A stretch of 64,000 nt of DNA from Octopus bimaculoides (taxonomy: Eukaryota), in contig NC_068983.1 in assembly GCF_001194135.2 (NCBI RefSeq), positions 136,659,606 to 136,723,605 of the forward strand. The letters are read 5' to 3'. Each line of letters starts with the position of its first letter. The first letter of the stretch is position 1. The notes beneath the pieces were generated by a model. It saw only the letters and a program-made list of their open reading frames with translations, had not been told where the DNA came from and ran no database searches. Position numbers and translations under genes: made by a program. This document shows positions 1 through 12,037 of the stretch, piece after piece.

Positions 1-156
1 GAGGGCGGGTTACCGCCAGCGAGTAGATAGGGCTCTTAATTGTAGATTTTAAATATTTGAGACAACAATGCATAAATAAGATGAGGACAAATATCCATCA
101 AATGTAAATAATGTACACTTTTTCTGACACTCAGTTTATTCTGCCAGCTTGACACC

Positions 157-191
<35 letters not shown>

Positions 192-219
192 GCCACCAGT
201 AGTAGTAGTAGTAGTAGTA
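157..219. repeat. (CTA)n-GCCAC-CAG-(TAG)n inverted microsatellite (fold-back)
   Basis: 170-192 is the exact reverse complement of 197-219, with a 4-nt CCAC loop. Confidence 0.9.
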
Positions 220-562
220 AGAACTTATATCACTAATAACAGCCACTTAGGACAAGCCATTAGAATGAACTTGGTAAATGCAAAGACTGATAAAACTCAG
301 TCTGAGAGCAAATGAATAATCTGTGGAAAAGGAAACAAAAGTATCAACCATTTCTTAAGTGGATGCAATAAGCTAGTTCAGAAAGAGTATAAATGCTGGC
401 GTGACTGTATCAGTAAAAGAGTGCATTGGGATGTTAGCTAAGTGTGCGGATCCAAAGTGACAGAAAAGTGTTATGAACACATACCAGAGGCTTGTGAATG
501 AAAATTTACAGGATTACACCTTAATTTTATAATTAACCAAATGATTCTTTCTATTTAAATAG

Positions 563-692
563 ATTCCGAGTTTTTTGCCATTTTGTCTGCAATCACAACT
601 ATTTTGGAAACTTTGTTTTGGCCTGCATCCTCATCAGTAGTGCTATGTTAGCTGCTGAAGACCCACTTGATCAATCTGCTGAGAGAAGTAAA
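563..692 (+). CDS. Cav1: Cav1 alpha-1 exon: end of II-III linker and IIIS1 ([43 protein letters not shown])
   Basis: Acceptor aaatAG at 561-562 and donor GTAAGT at 693. 130 nt (1 nt + 43 codons). Contains the LAAEDP motif typical of Cav1/Cav2 IIIS1. Confidence 0.96.
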
Positions 693-1070
693 GTAAGTAT
701 TTGTACCATTTATTTCTTGTATTTCAAACAACACTTATATAAGGTAGGAAATTCTCAGGTAGAGCAGATATTTATGGTTTAGGCATGAATCTGGAATATC
801 CTTCTTGGTCACACAGAGTTATCTGCTATATTACAATTTTCAGTCAGACATTTGATTACTGCTATAGCTAAAATTTTATTCACTAAGAATTGTTTCCTCT
901 TTATTCAAAAAGAATTCAGAATGCTGTGTGATATGTAGAGTGAAGGTTATGAGAAAACCTATCCATAGTTCTTTTGATGAAGACTCATACATCTAAATGT
1001 TCTTGACATCACATTTGTTTCAATCATGATCACTTTTTCTGTGGTGCTCCATGTTTGAGACATAGTTTCT

Positions 1071-1162
1071 TTGTTACTTCACTAGTTACTTGTTACTTCA
1101 CTTGTTCGTTGTTACTTCACTTGTTCGTTGTTACTTCACTTGTTTCCTTGTTACTTCACTAG
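1071..1162. repeat. 19-bp minisatellite, about 5 units (TTGTTACTTCACTTGTTCG)
   Basis: Directly visible tandem units with variable 3' ends. Confidence 0.9.
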
Positions 1163-2127
1163 CTAAGGAGGTTTTTACTTTGATTGAAAATCTTATGTTT
1201 TGAAGCATTTACATTGGTAAAACTATGTTACTGATTATGTATGTGCTTGTTTAAATTTTAATCCAAGAGACTTAGAGATCTAGTGTATATTCTTGAACAA
1301 TCATGCTAATTTCATGGTGATAATGATAATGACAACAATAGCCACCACTATCACCAGCAACAGTTTAGTTCATATATGCTAACTAGATGTATTATTGTAT
1401 AATGAGGATTATTACTATTGTTGTTAACTGATTTTCATGACTGAAATTAGACTGTATTACAAAAAAATTATTCTGAAATTTTCTAGTTCCTATTCTTAAC
1501 AGACTTGGATCATATTGATTTTAAAGGAAATGATTGATTTTAGCATATTTGCTCGATTGAAGCATCCTGCATTGTCATGATAATTAACATATTTCTTTGA
1601 TGAAAGGATCTTGAATGGCTATGCTGATTTACATATTTTTCTAGTGAAAAAACCCTGTATCATTGAGCAAATTAGCATTTTTTTTTTAAATCTAAAGGAT
1701 CCAATATTATCACATTAATTCATTCCACGTAGATTGAGAAGCTATTGTTGTGTTAGGATTCTTAGACTATTTTATTCTCATTGTAGTAAGTGTTGTATAG
1801 CAAGAAATAAATTAGTAGTGAATTGAATATATGTTCTAATTTCAATTCCTGTTGAAAATTATTTTACTTAGTTTAGCTAAAAATTTCCTTGAAATAGTCT
1901 TGAACATCACAGAATCCATTCCCCTTTCAGATATATGGATTTGTGTACTAAATATTAAATCAATTTTTACTCACATGTTCTATTGGTCAGAATCAGTGCT
2001 AGTATTGTCTTTACTTGAAGTAAGATAATTGCATTAGTTATGTGTTTGTTTCTGTCTCAAAATTAAAATGCAAGTCGTCTATATCATCCTTACTATTTTT
2101 TTTACACTTTTCAATATTCTTTTTTTA

Positions 2128-2454
2128 CCAGTGCCACCTGACTAGCTCCCATACTGGTGGCACGTAAAAAGCATCATTCGAGTATGGCTAATGCCAGTGC
2201 CGCCTGACTGGCACCCGTGCTGGTGGCATGTAAAAAGCACCATTCAAGCATGGCTGATGCCAGTGCCACCTGACTGGCATGTAAAAAGCCCCCACTACAC
2301 TCTCAAAGTGTAGGTTGGCATTAGAAAGGGCATCCAGCTGTAGAAACCTTGCCAAATCAGATTGGATCCTGGTGCAGCCTCTCAGCCGGCCAGTTCTCAG
2401 TCAAACTATCCAACCCATGCCAACATGGAAAGCGGACATTAAACAATGATGATG
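2128..2454 (+). mobile_element. Non-autonomous retroelement 3' end: 66-bp tandem modules + conserved tail ending in (GAT)n
   Basis: Units start at 2128, 2194 and 2260. The tail (gggcatccagctgtagaaac...ccaacccatgc...catggaaagcggac...atgatgatg) recurs at about 8026, 17130, 19560, 20420, 27280, 56431 and 63290, and directly follows RTE-like coding remnants at about 19340-19780. Confidence 0.75.
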
Positions 2455-2700
2455 TACTAGTAAAAGATATACAATGGCAATAAATTGAATATAATCAAAA
2501 AGCAGACCAAAGGTTTTAGTTTGCTAATATCACTTCATCATAAAAACCAAAATATTCTAATCAGATGATGACTGTTATTGATAAAAACACATGTTCATCT
2601 ATCTAATGAAATTCTTCTATATTTGTGAGGTGTGCATTTTGTGTGATATTAGTTTCACACATACTACAGTTAGTAAAACTAGGAATGCACTTGGAGAGCA

Positions 2701-3272
2701 CAGACCTCCACCAAGCAGCTCATTTCCACCCACATACACACATGCTGAAAATTGCCCGATTTCCCAAACCAATGCTGGCAAAAACATAACCTTCTTGGCA
2801 GGGGCAAAAAAGAATAACACAGCCATATGATTTATAAAAAAAAAAACCTTTAACAACAGGAATCATCTGAAGCAGTTATAATACACCAATGACAACACCA
2901 AGCTCCGCAGACCTCCACCAAGCAGCTCATTTTAAGATAGATACGCAAGTATAATTACTAATAGAGAAACGAAAATAAACTTTGGAAACAGCAACGCCAC
3001 CATAGGTTATGTGGAAACGATGAACGTGTTTTCAAGGGAGATAATCAAAGAATCTAATATTGTGATACTTCATGTAAAGTAAATATAACAAATGAAAAAT
3101 CTTTCATAAAAATTCCCAGATCACTTCCAAAATTTTATCATCTGTTCCTTGTGTCATTACCAACTTTTCTTGCAAGTTGCATCAAATACCATTCACAACT
3201 TTTTGAGTTATTTTGCACACAGATGGACAAACCAACACCAATGAAAACATAACCTCCTTCCTTGGCAGAGGT
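2701..3272. mobile_element. Two HINE/Helentron-like non-autonomous elements (2701-2805 and 2908-3272)
   Basis: Both start with cagacctccaccaagcagctcattt and end with cttggcag(g/a)gg, an inverted subterminal repeat. The second ends in an acctcc...gaggt palindrome. Family assignment is an inference from architecture. Confidence 0.5.
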
Positions 3273-4602
3273 AAAAATATAGGAATTCAATAGTAAAAAA
3301 GATTATACTTACTGTTTTCAGTGTAATCTCATTAGTATGATACGCTCTAGTGAAAGGATGTTGAAATACAGAAAGACAATTTTGAAGAATAGTAAGGTGC
3401 AAAAATTGAATATGCTAATATCAAGCTTCTGGTTTGTGTTTCTCAGCTGAAGTTCTGCCCATTGTTTATTTCCTTTTCCATTCCTCTTGGTTTAGAATAT
3501 CAGTATTATACAAAAAATATCACACACTATACTAGAATAAACAGTTTAAGTGTATTTTACTTGTATGTTTACAACTGAGTGTATACATTCAGTTATATTG
3601 ATTTCAAAAGATTGGAGAATGGAAATTGTAATATAATATTTATACATTTTTTGAGGGCATTAAGAAAATAAGTCAAATAACTACAACAAAAATATTAGAC
3701 CTGGGTCATAGGCTTGTTTTGTCTGTAGCTTACTACTTTTGCTGTTGTACTTGCCATACTGATAAGTGCTCTAAAAGTTGCCATCTCTACTCAGTATGAC
3801 TAAGTTTTTATTTAGCTCTATGCCATAGAAATCTTATTCAATCAGAACTACTTTATACAATCAGTGCTACTCAACAAAAACACCTGTTCAGATATATTTT
3901 GACAGGAGAGTTGCAGATAGTTGAATTACAGGCTACCATCTGAAGTCTTAATGGAGCTTAAACTGTATCTAACAGTTCATTGTATCTATGGTTAAGTCAT
4001 TTTATCCATGTCTATAAATAGATATCACAAGATGGAAACAACATACTGACGTCAAGCAGTACTGAACATTTGGAATTTTCCAGTTGGCTTTTTAAGTTTT
4101 AAAGTACTTAGTTCAAGTTCCGCTATGGGTATGCATTGGAGACATGAAGACAGAAACTTCAGTGATACCTGCTAAAATCTAATATTAAATTCATTACCAG
4201 TCACCATTTTTAGATGGAATTCTGAGTTCAATATCAGTTTCATAAACCAACTATGTTTTTATTTATCTATTTATCTTGTTTCATTTTGTTTTTGTAACAA
4301 TTTTTATAATAAATTCAATGAATGTAACAAGTCCTTAGTATACTGAAGTTACTTTGAAGTTGTAGAATGTTAAATCAACTGATGGTTAGATTAATTTCAT
4401 TTAGTCAATGTTTATAATTTTATGTATAAAGTTTTTTAATAAAAAATGATGCTAAAAAAGTGCATCTCAAAATATATTATGAACTTAAAGTTGATTGAAA
4501 TACAGTAAGATGAACTATATTTTGACAAATTATCATCTTTCAAGCACAATACATTTCTTTCTCCTTCCTATACTCAGTGATATTATTTCAATTTTCTTAC
4601 AG

Positions 4603-4662
4603 ATATTAAATTATTTTGACTATATTTTTACGAGTGTATTTACTATTGAAATCATCATCAAG
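4603..4662 (+). CDS. Cav1: Cav1 exon: IIIS2 (ILNYFDYIFTSVFTIEIIIK)
   Basis: ttttcttacAG acceptor and GTAAGT donor. 60 nt, phase 0/0. Equivalent to vertebrate CACNA1C exon 21/22. Confidence 0.96.
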
Positions 4663-4934
4663 GTAAGTTTTACTGCCAATTAACCTGATATTTAAAATTT
4701 TGTACATATATATTTTCTAAGAAGTTGTTCTAAAGAATAGTAAAAAGTAGTGAAGTAATTGTACTATTAAACATAGCTTTTCAGTAGCAAAAATGATAAA
4801 GTTATTAATACTATCTTGTCTTCAATGAGTCTGTTGTTATACAGCTCTGTATCTCTATGCAAATATCCATGTATTTGTGTTTCTTCATCAATATCATAGA
4901 CATCATATTGTATTCATAAGCTAAATATTTCTTT

Positions 4935-5420
4935 GACAGGTGAGCCAATGAGGGAAACCTCTATGTGGTTGCTCAACCTGCTAGAACTAGCTGTCAAATT
5001 TCTCCCAAGTTCACGCCCTGCCATTTGGTATTAAGTCAGAACATATATTCTTAAAAAGACAGGATGATGACAGTTGGAAGTCATTTGGTTTAATGTACAA
5101 GTAGTGACAGAATATGACTTTTTGATGATTGAAAATACAAAAGTTGATATCCAAATAGGGTTCTTACAAAGTAGCATTTGAAAAAAAAGAAAAAAAGAAA
5201 AACCCACTAGGGAACCTCTACATGGTCACTCAATCTGCTAGACATAGCTACCAAATCTCCCTTAAATTACAACCTTCTTACTTAAAACTTACTAACTTAA
5301 AAATAGAAGACATATTAGAAAGAAAACGACATAAGAAAAAAATGCAGTGATCAGTGCAGGAACACCTGTTGATAATGGATTTTCTCAATCAAGGCTCACC
5401 AGGGATTAAGCAATAACAAT
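4935..5420 (+). repeat. Two diverged copies of an interspersed repeat (gaaacctctatgtggt...ctgctaga...caaatctccc...taacaataac)
   Basis: Similar sequence at about 4940, 5205, 15340-15590 and 47480-47720. Probably a SINE-like family. Confidence 0.55.
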
Positions 5421-6682
5421 AACCTATAGATAAAATGAATGTAGGATTAACTGGGGAGTAATCATGTCATTTAATATAGTGTTAAATAAATAGATAAGCA
5501 AAAATAAAATTTAGGTTTGAAAATAAAGACAGATTACACCAAAAGTTGAGAAGAAATGAAACAAACTAAATGAGCTGTCGAAGGAGATACTTGCTTGACT
5601 ATGTACCTAAGTGTGAGATTGTGTATTTCTGAGATCTGTGCATATATGTATGTAGAAAAGAATTTCCCTTGATTTGCTCATTTTAGTTATTGTTGTTTAG
5701 ACCCAGGTCAAACCTGAACCAGGGTAAAGACCTCCTTCAGTCATGAATGACCATGGGATTGCAGCTAGAAAGTTACCCTCTGAGGCACAAGTCCAGGCAA
5801 GGTTGTTTATGGAAGACCATCAGTCACCCATGCTTTCCAGTCTCCCCTCTCCATGCCACCTTTGTTATCCAAGGGATAGGCAAAGACATGGCTAGAGGCA
5901 GCAGATGTAGACTTAACAGTATATATATTTGTCCAATCATTTTTACATTTATTTTCCCATGCAAGACAAATACATACTGTTGAGACGTTTTTACTTCTAG
6001 ATGCCCTTCTTGTCACTAACTTTTTTTTTTTTCTTAAGTTGAGAGAGTTTTTTTTTTACTCCACTCTGCTTTGAAAATATAGAGCTAGCAAACAATTTAT
6101 CACAGGAGAATAACATCAGACAATACTCAGTAATTTTTTATATGAGTATAGAATGTAAACAGTCACACACATATTCACATACATGTATACATGTGCATCA
6201 TTCATTTTTCTAAGATATCATAGGTTTAAAGCATTGTTTTACAACCAGATAACCTTTTTGTTGCCAACCTTTACCTGTTTTTCCAAGTAAAGGATTTTTT
6301 ATTCCACAGGTCTTTAAGTAAGGTTAATTCTTGGAATTACAGCTTGTAGTGAAATAAAGAATGGTAAGGAGTAGCAAGATGAAGGTCCACAATGTGTGGT
6401 CAGATGTTAAGACAAAGGAGGGCAGTAGGTGGTGAGATGAAGGATTGTTATAGATGACAAGGGATCGTAGGGCAAGATGTTATGAGATCTATCCAACCCA
6501 TGCCAGGATGGATAAGTAGACATGTGATGGTAGTGGTGGTATGTGGCAGCCCATCCAACCCATAGCAGCTTGGGAAAATGGACATAAGCTGATGGTAGCA
6601 ATGATAATAACAGTATATAATCTTGATTCATTGAAAATATGAATAATCAATTTTAATAGAATTTCTTTATTTTTACTTACAG

Positions 6683-6783
6683 CTCATTAGTTATGGATTA
6701 GTTCTTCACAAAGGCTCCTTTTGTCGAAGCTATTTCAACTTGCTGGACTTGTTAGTTGTTGGAGTATCTCTTATATCCATCAA
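6683..6783 (+). CDS. Cav1: Cav1 exon: IIIS2-S3 linker and IIIS3 ([33 protein letters not shown] + AA)
   Basis: ttttacttacAG acceptor and GTGAGT donor at 6784. 101 nt, ending in phase 2. Read-through gives AAG TGA (stop), so the donor cannot lie further 3'. HKGSFCR..N.LDLLVV motif. Confidence 0.96.
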
Positions 6784-9358
6784 GTGAGTTTACCTTTAAT
6801 TGTTCACTAAGCAATTGGTTATGACCGAATAAGTTTTGTGTGTGTGTTTGGTGAATATTGATTACATAGGTTTGTGTATTTATATTTTCTAAGTATGTGT
6901 GTATTTGTAAATGTGCATGTGTTTGAGTATGTGTGTTTATATATGTACTTATGCAGGTGCATGTTTGTGTGTATGTGTTCATTTGTACCACTTATTTCAT
7001 GATTAAAAATTTATCATTTTTTTTACTTTTCAGCAATTATATTGTTAATGTGTCTCTTTGTGTCCCTTTGAATTTCATACTCTTAAAACTAGTTGTCTAT
7101 ATGTCTACATTTACACTTCATCTCTATTCTTTTAGAGCTACTTTATAATACTCTACATCTTCCTTATTGATTATCTATATTACACTCAGTAGTATTCCTT
7201 TGCACTCAATATTCTTTCAGTATCCATGCTAGTTCATTAACAACCAACTGGTATACTGTTTGAGTTCCATCATAAGTAGTGTATTATGACCCACAATCCC
7301 CTAGTACACCTTATTGTAATTAGGTGATAACATGGAGTGGTGGATGGGAGTTAAAAATCTTCCCATGATCAAACTCTATGAAAGACTACCATTCCTAGTT
7401 AAGGAGCAAGAAAAGTGAGAGAGAAAGCAATGCCTGGCTTTCAAACCTCTTACAACTATGAAAGTTGAGATAAACTCCAATTCATATCAACTATGGAGAT
7501 AAAGTGGCAGAGAGGATAAAGTGTTGACTTAACTGCTGAAAGGTCACAAGTTCAAAACTGCTGCTAGTGATTTGTTGTATTTCTAAAAAGAACACACTTC
7601 TACACTGACTTAATTCTTCTGATCTCAGAAATAAATCCAGAATCATCTGGGAATTCTACCTGCAATAAACCAACATCCTATACAGAATGAAATATACATG
7701 CCTTCAAACTGACAAGTATCCTTGAAAGGCAAAGGAAATGTATTCATTAATTTTGCACATCATCCATTATGATGAATACTTTTATTACAAGTCTAGTACT
7801 ATAAACAAGATATGCTGGAGCTTACTCATTAAATCCAATTAGTAGTTCACCATTTAAAATCCCCCACCAAACCCGGACAACATTTACTGTAGTAATGTCT
7901 TGAATAAACTCATTTTTAGTAATGCTTTGACATAATTAAAGCAACTCTTACATACACACTCACACACATAGTTAATAACTTTTAAGAAAATCTTTCTTTA
8001 GGTATATATGTAAATATGTATGCATAGGAAGAGTGTCCAGCTCTAGAAACTATGCCAAAGTAGACAGTTAAGCTTAGCACAGTTCTCAAGCCTCTTAGTT
8101 ATAGTCAAACCATCCAATCCATACCAGCATGAAATAAAGGACATTAAATGCAGATGATGATGATGATGTTCATCTGTGTATCAACTGTTTTCAGTTTTAT
8201 TGAACTCTAAACTTTTACTGACCTTTAAAATTCACTGCTTTCAGGCTTGTGGGATCTATGTATTCCCTGAAATCAATGATTTCAAAAAGCTGGTGAACAG
8301 CAAAACTCCTCAGAGAGCCTGGTGATAAACTTTGTCTTACTTGGATTGTTTATGCTTTTCTGAAAGGCAACAATTTTACACAACCTCATTTTCTCATCCC
8401 AACAAACTTGAAACCTATTATCAATGTGAGAAGTCAGTATTTGTCCATATATATCTGTGTATATGTATATGCATTTGTTTATATTTTTGTTATATTCTGA
8501 ATTTTCCTGCTTCCTTCTTTTCTAATTAAAGTCTAAATAGAACTTTTGTAATTATTTTCAAAATGAATATCTAAAGCACAAGAAAGAAAGAATAATGTTC
8601 CAGAAAAACTAGTTTTATCAAAGTCTAGTTATAAAAACATCATTACTAAACAAAGAGATACTCTGGAAATTTACAAAATAATTAACTCATATTTTTTATG
8701 CATAAACTTTAAAAAATATGTTTTTTTGATGAAAAACAATATTCATATTATTTCCAGATATTTTTTTAGTATTCAATTTATGTTTCTCAATATCATAACT
8801 ATGTATATTGAAACAGTCCTCTACTCTGTGAAAATAATGCCACAACTTCTATGCTTATTGTTGACCCCTGCAGAATGTTAAATAATTATTTCATTCCTTG
8901 GGAATTTTAATATTTCATACATGTTTTTTTATATACTGTTGCACTGTTTCTTTCCAATATGATGTCAATATATCTGATTACAGGTTGCTGTGTTTTGTGT
9001 CCATGCTTACAGAAATATCCTATCTATCATTGCTACACATCAATGAGCAAATATCCAGATAGATGGGTTTATGAAAAAACTCACATTGTTGTAACTAAAT
9101 CTTTCTAAAGCTATGTATTTGATTAGCTTGCTAACTGAAAATGATTTTATATAGTTTGTACTTAATTTGGTTAATGTCAGATGCAGTAAAGAAGTGTGTT
9201 TGTGTGAGTGATAGTTCAAGTACTAACAGCTCCTATTGTTACACAAGTAGTTAAAATCCATAAATGTTTCGGCCTAGTAAATTATCTTTTTCTTTTGCTT
9301 TATCTATGAAGAAAAAAATCATCACTTCTTTTTCATCTTCCTTTCTTTGTCCAACCAG

Positions 9359-9364
9359 CCCCAG
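9359..9364 (+). CDS. Cav1: Candidate 6-nt microexon in the IIIS3-S4 linker (AA|CCCCAG|C = N-P-S)
   Basis: Preceded by an AG-free pyrimidine tract (atcacttctttttcatcttcctttctttgtccaaccAG) and followed by CAG|GTGAGA. Frame-preserving in phase 2. 101+6 = 107 nt, the recalled length of the orthologous vertebrate exon. No transcript evidence. Confidence 0.75.
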
Positions 9365-10509
9365 GTGAGAATTACCAGCATCAATTGGTGCTTAATTTTA
9401 ACTTTAAGCATGTCAACTATGACCTTAGAATACAGTGCCATCGGTATGCTAGTGCTTGACTTACTTAGAGCAGCCCTTCCAAACATATCAATCAATCTGT
9501 CTATCAACTATTTTCAATAGGTAAATATCTAAGGACTATCTCTTTTCAGAGATTTTTCAGCAAAACTAGTCAGAAGTGTTAGAACATCTGAGTATGTCAC
9601 AGCTTAGAGTGAATATTGAGTAATGTAACAAATTGGTTATAAGTCACTGAATTTTATATATGAATTTTTAAAAATATATCTAATATTGATTAAGAAACTA
9701 TAATTTTCTATATACTCAATTTGTGGTTATCTTTTTTACAGCTTTATATATTTTTTTATGTTTAAGTTAAAATGCAGACATCAACAATCAAAAAAGTGCA
9801 ATGAGGGAAGATGGGAAAGTGCTTATTTTCTTCATATGTGAGTTAGGATGACAATTAAGGCTATCTCAGTATTGTTCTTATCAGTAATTTAGATTAAAAT
9901 TATAATAAATTATTTTCATAGTACTTAGTTATATATATTAAGCCAGTTTAGATTAAAATTTCACGTGACAATCACAATTTTAAAACTTTGACATGGAGAC
10001 TGCAATAATTTTTCTTTCTATATTTGTCATGCTCCTATCTGACTTCAATTGCTTTAGTGGTTTGCTGCTACTTCACTACATATTTTCAAAATGATTATTA
10101 ACTCTGCAATCACAGAAAGCAAAACAAAACAGAAAATTCAATAAACTTAATGCAATTTATACTCATATATACTTATAATATATGTATATATGTGTGTGTC
10201 TATATATATATATATGTGTGTGTGTGTATGTATTCATATATATATATGAATAATGTACATGTGTATATAAGCAAATATATATTTGCATAAACATATGTAG
10301 GTATATATGAATAGTGTATTTGTGTATGTATGAAAATACATGTATATACAACTATATTGTCTGTATGGAGACTACATATGTGTATGTATGAGAATATGTA
10401 TATATGAATAGCATAAATGTGTGTATGTGTGTCCTTATAAAGGTGGGTTTGTAAACCTTGTTTGACTTGATCTTCTGAATATATAGACAAATAGATAGTT
10501 TCTTTTATC

Positions 10510-10738
10510 ACTTTCATTTGTGTCAGTCATTTGACTGAGTCCATACTGGGGCACTGTCTTGATGAAGATTTTAATCAACTATATCAATTAAGATACTTAT
10601 GTTTCTAATATCTGTTAATTATTTCAATTATTTCTATTTATTGCACTGCTAAGTTATAGGACATGAATACAGACACTGCTTTATGAGTGTTGTCAGACCT
10701 AGCATGTTAGAATCAAAGACAGTCACGCACACGTGCAT

Positions 10739-10771
<33 letters not shown>

Positions 10772-11010
10772 AAAACACACACACACAAATACACACACAC
10801 ATGCACAAAATAGGCTTCCTTATGGTTTCTACTAATTTCACTTGCAAGGCATTAGCTGGCCCAAGATGCCATGCATTGAGTCTGAACTCAAAGCCATGTT
10901 GTTGCAAAGCAAACTTCCAAATACATTTGTGTATGCATGTATGTGCACACACAATATTCAAGACCATCCAACAGAGATAAGCATAGTTTTTGCAGAAATA
11001 AAACAGTGAA
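10510..11010 (-). mobile_element. Degenerate tRNA-derived SINE(s)
   Basis: Similar to the reverse of the SINE at 27160-27280 and to the copies at 21190-21420 and 61850-62030. Confidence 0.5.
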
Positions 11011-11439
11011 GACACAGTATGTCTGTGGCCAAATGCTGGAGCATGTCCGTGACTGATATTATGCCAGTCACTTAAATGGCCTTTCTCTGGATGTGTTGGA
11101 GATGATTGTATGTGTAGCAGCTGTAGCATCCTAGATGTGGAAGCAATGTTCAATTGTGGGTTTCACTTGAGCTTTGTAGGGCAATAATGAAAAATTTTCT
11201 GATCTTGAAAAGAAGGGCCAATCTTTGGGATGCAGTCTAGTTATGTTTAGTATGTGCTTTCACCAGGAGAGATTAACACTGATAGTGAAGCCTAACATTT
11301 GAAGCAAATGTGAACACTTTAATTGAGTACTAATGTTTAATGTGGTGTGATGGTATTTATTTAATATGAATAGCACTTGAATCTTTTTGCTATTGAAAAA
11401 TAAAACAAGACTAGCATGTACCCATAGAGGATATTTTTG

Positions 11440-11790
11440 AGGTCACTATTGTGGGATCAGATTGGTTGTGTGTAGATGATCTTTGGTTGGGAAAAGTTAG
11501 GGAAGATTAAAGGGTTTATCTTCTGCATAAGAGTGGGTGTTGTTGGATGACAAGTAGGTCATAGATGTAAGGAAGGAAAAGAGTGGGGGATAAAACTGAA
11601 CCCTGGGACAAGCCAGAGTCGATTGAAAGTGAAACAAAGATTTTCATCAAAACACTTGACAGTGGTGAAATTTGTCTAAGTGATAGGAGACTTATGTCAC
11701 CCTTAGGTGGGACATTTCAATAGAATTGCATACCAGACATTGTCAAGAACTTTGCTGATGTCTAGGGCAACCACATTACTTTGATTGAAT
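11440..11790 (-). mobile_element. CR1/L2-group LINE reverse-transcriptase fragment
   Basis: The minus strand gives ALDISKVLDNVW, DSGLSQGSVLSPTL and THSYAED, i.e. decayed LDIxKAFD, GVPQGS and YADD motifs. Confidence 0.75.
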
Positions 11791-11979
11791 TTCTATGTGA
11801 GTATGTAATATATGAGTATACACACACCAACACACATTCATACAAGCTTATATATATATATATATATATATATATTCCTGTTGAAAAAAAGTCCTATTTG
11901 GGTTGGGAAAGGAAGAGCATCCAGTCATAAAATTTCTGCTTCAGTTTTCTCCTAAGCCATGTTAGCATGAAAAAATAGT

Positions 11980-12037
<58 letters not shown>

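Noticed and set aside
4-17. GGCGG-GTTA-CCGCC hairpin at the window start, a possible Helitron 3' end
   Set aside because: Truncated by the window edge, with no clear CTRR terminus.
1759-1800. FLDYFILIVVSVV resembling an S3 segment, with a nearby GTAAGT
   Set aside because: Ends in a stop, has no compatible acceptor or phase, and is in the wrong position relative to IIIS2.
1071-2290. 19-bp and 66-bp repeats as CRISPR-like arrays
   Set aside because: Eukaryotic intron, no unique spacers, no cas genes.
693-6682. Search for a duplicated, mutually exclusive IIIS2 exon (as vertebrate 21/22); short look-alikes at about 1931 (IYGFVY*) and 3891 (IYFD)
   Set aside because: Stops or no homology beyond 3-4 residues; only one 60-nt exon was found.
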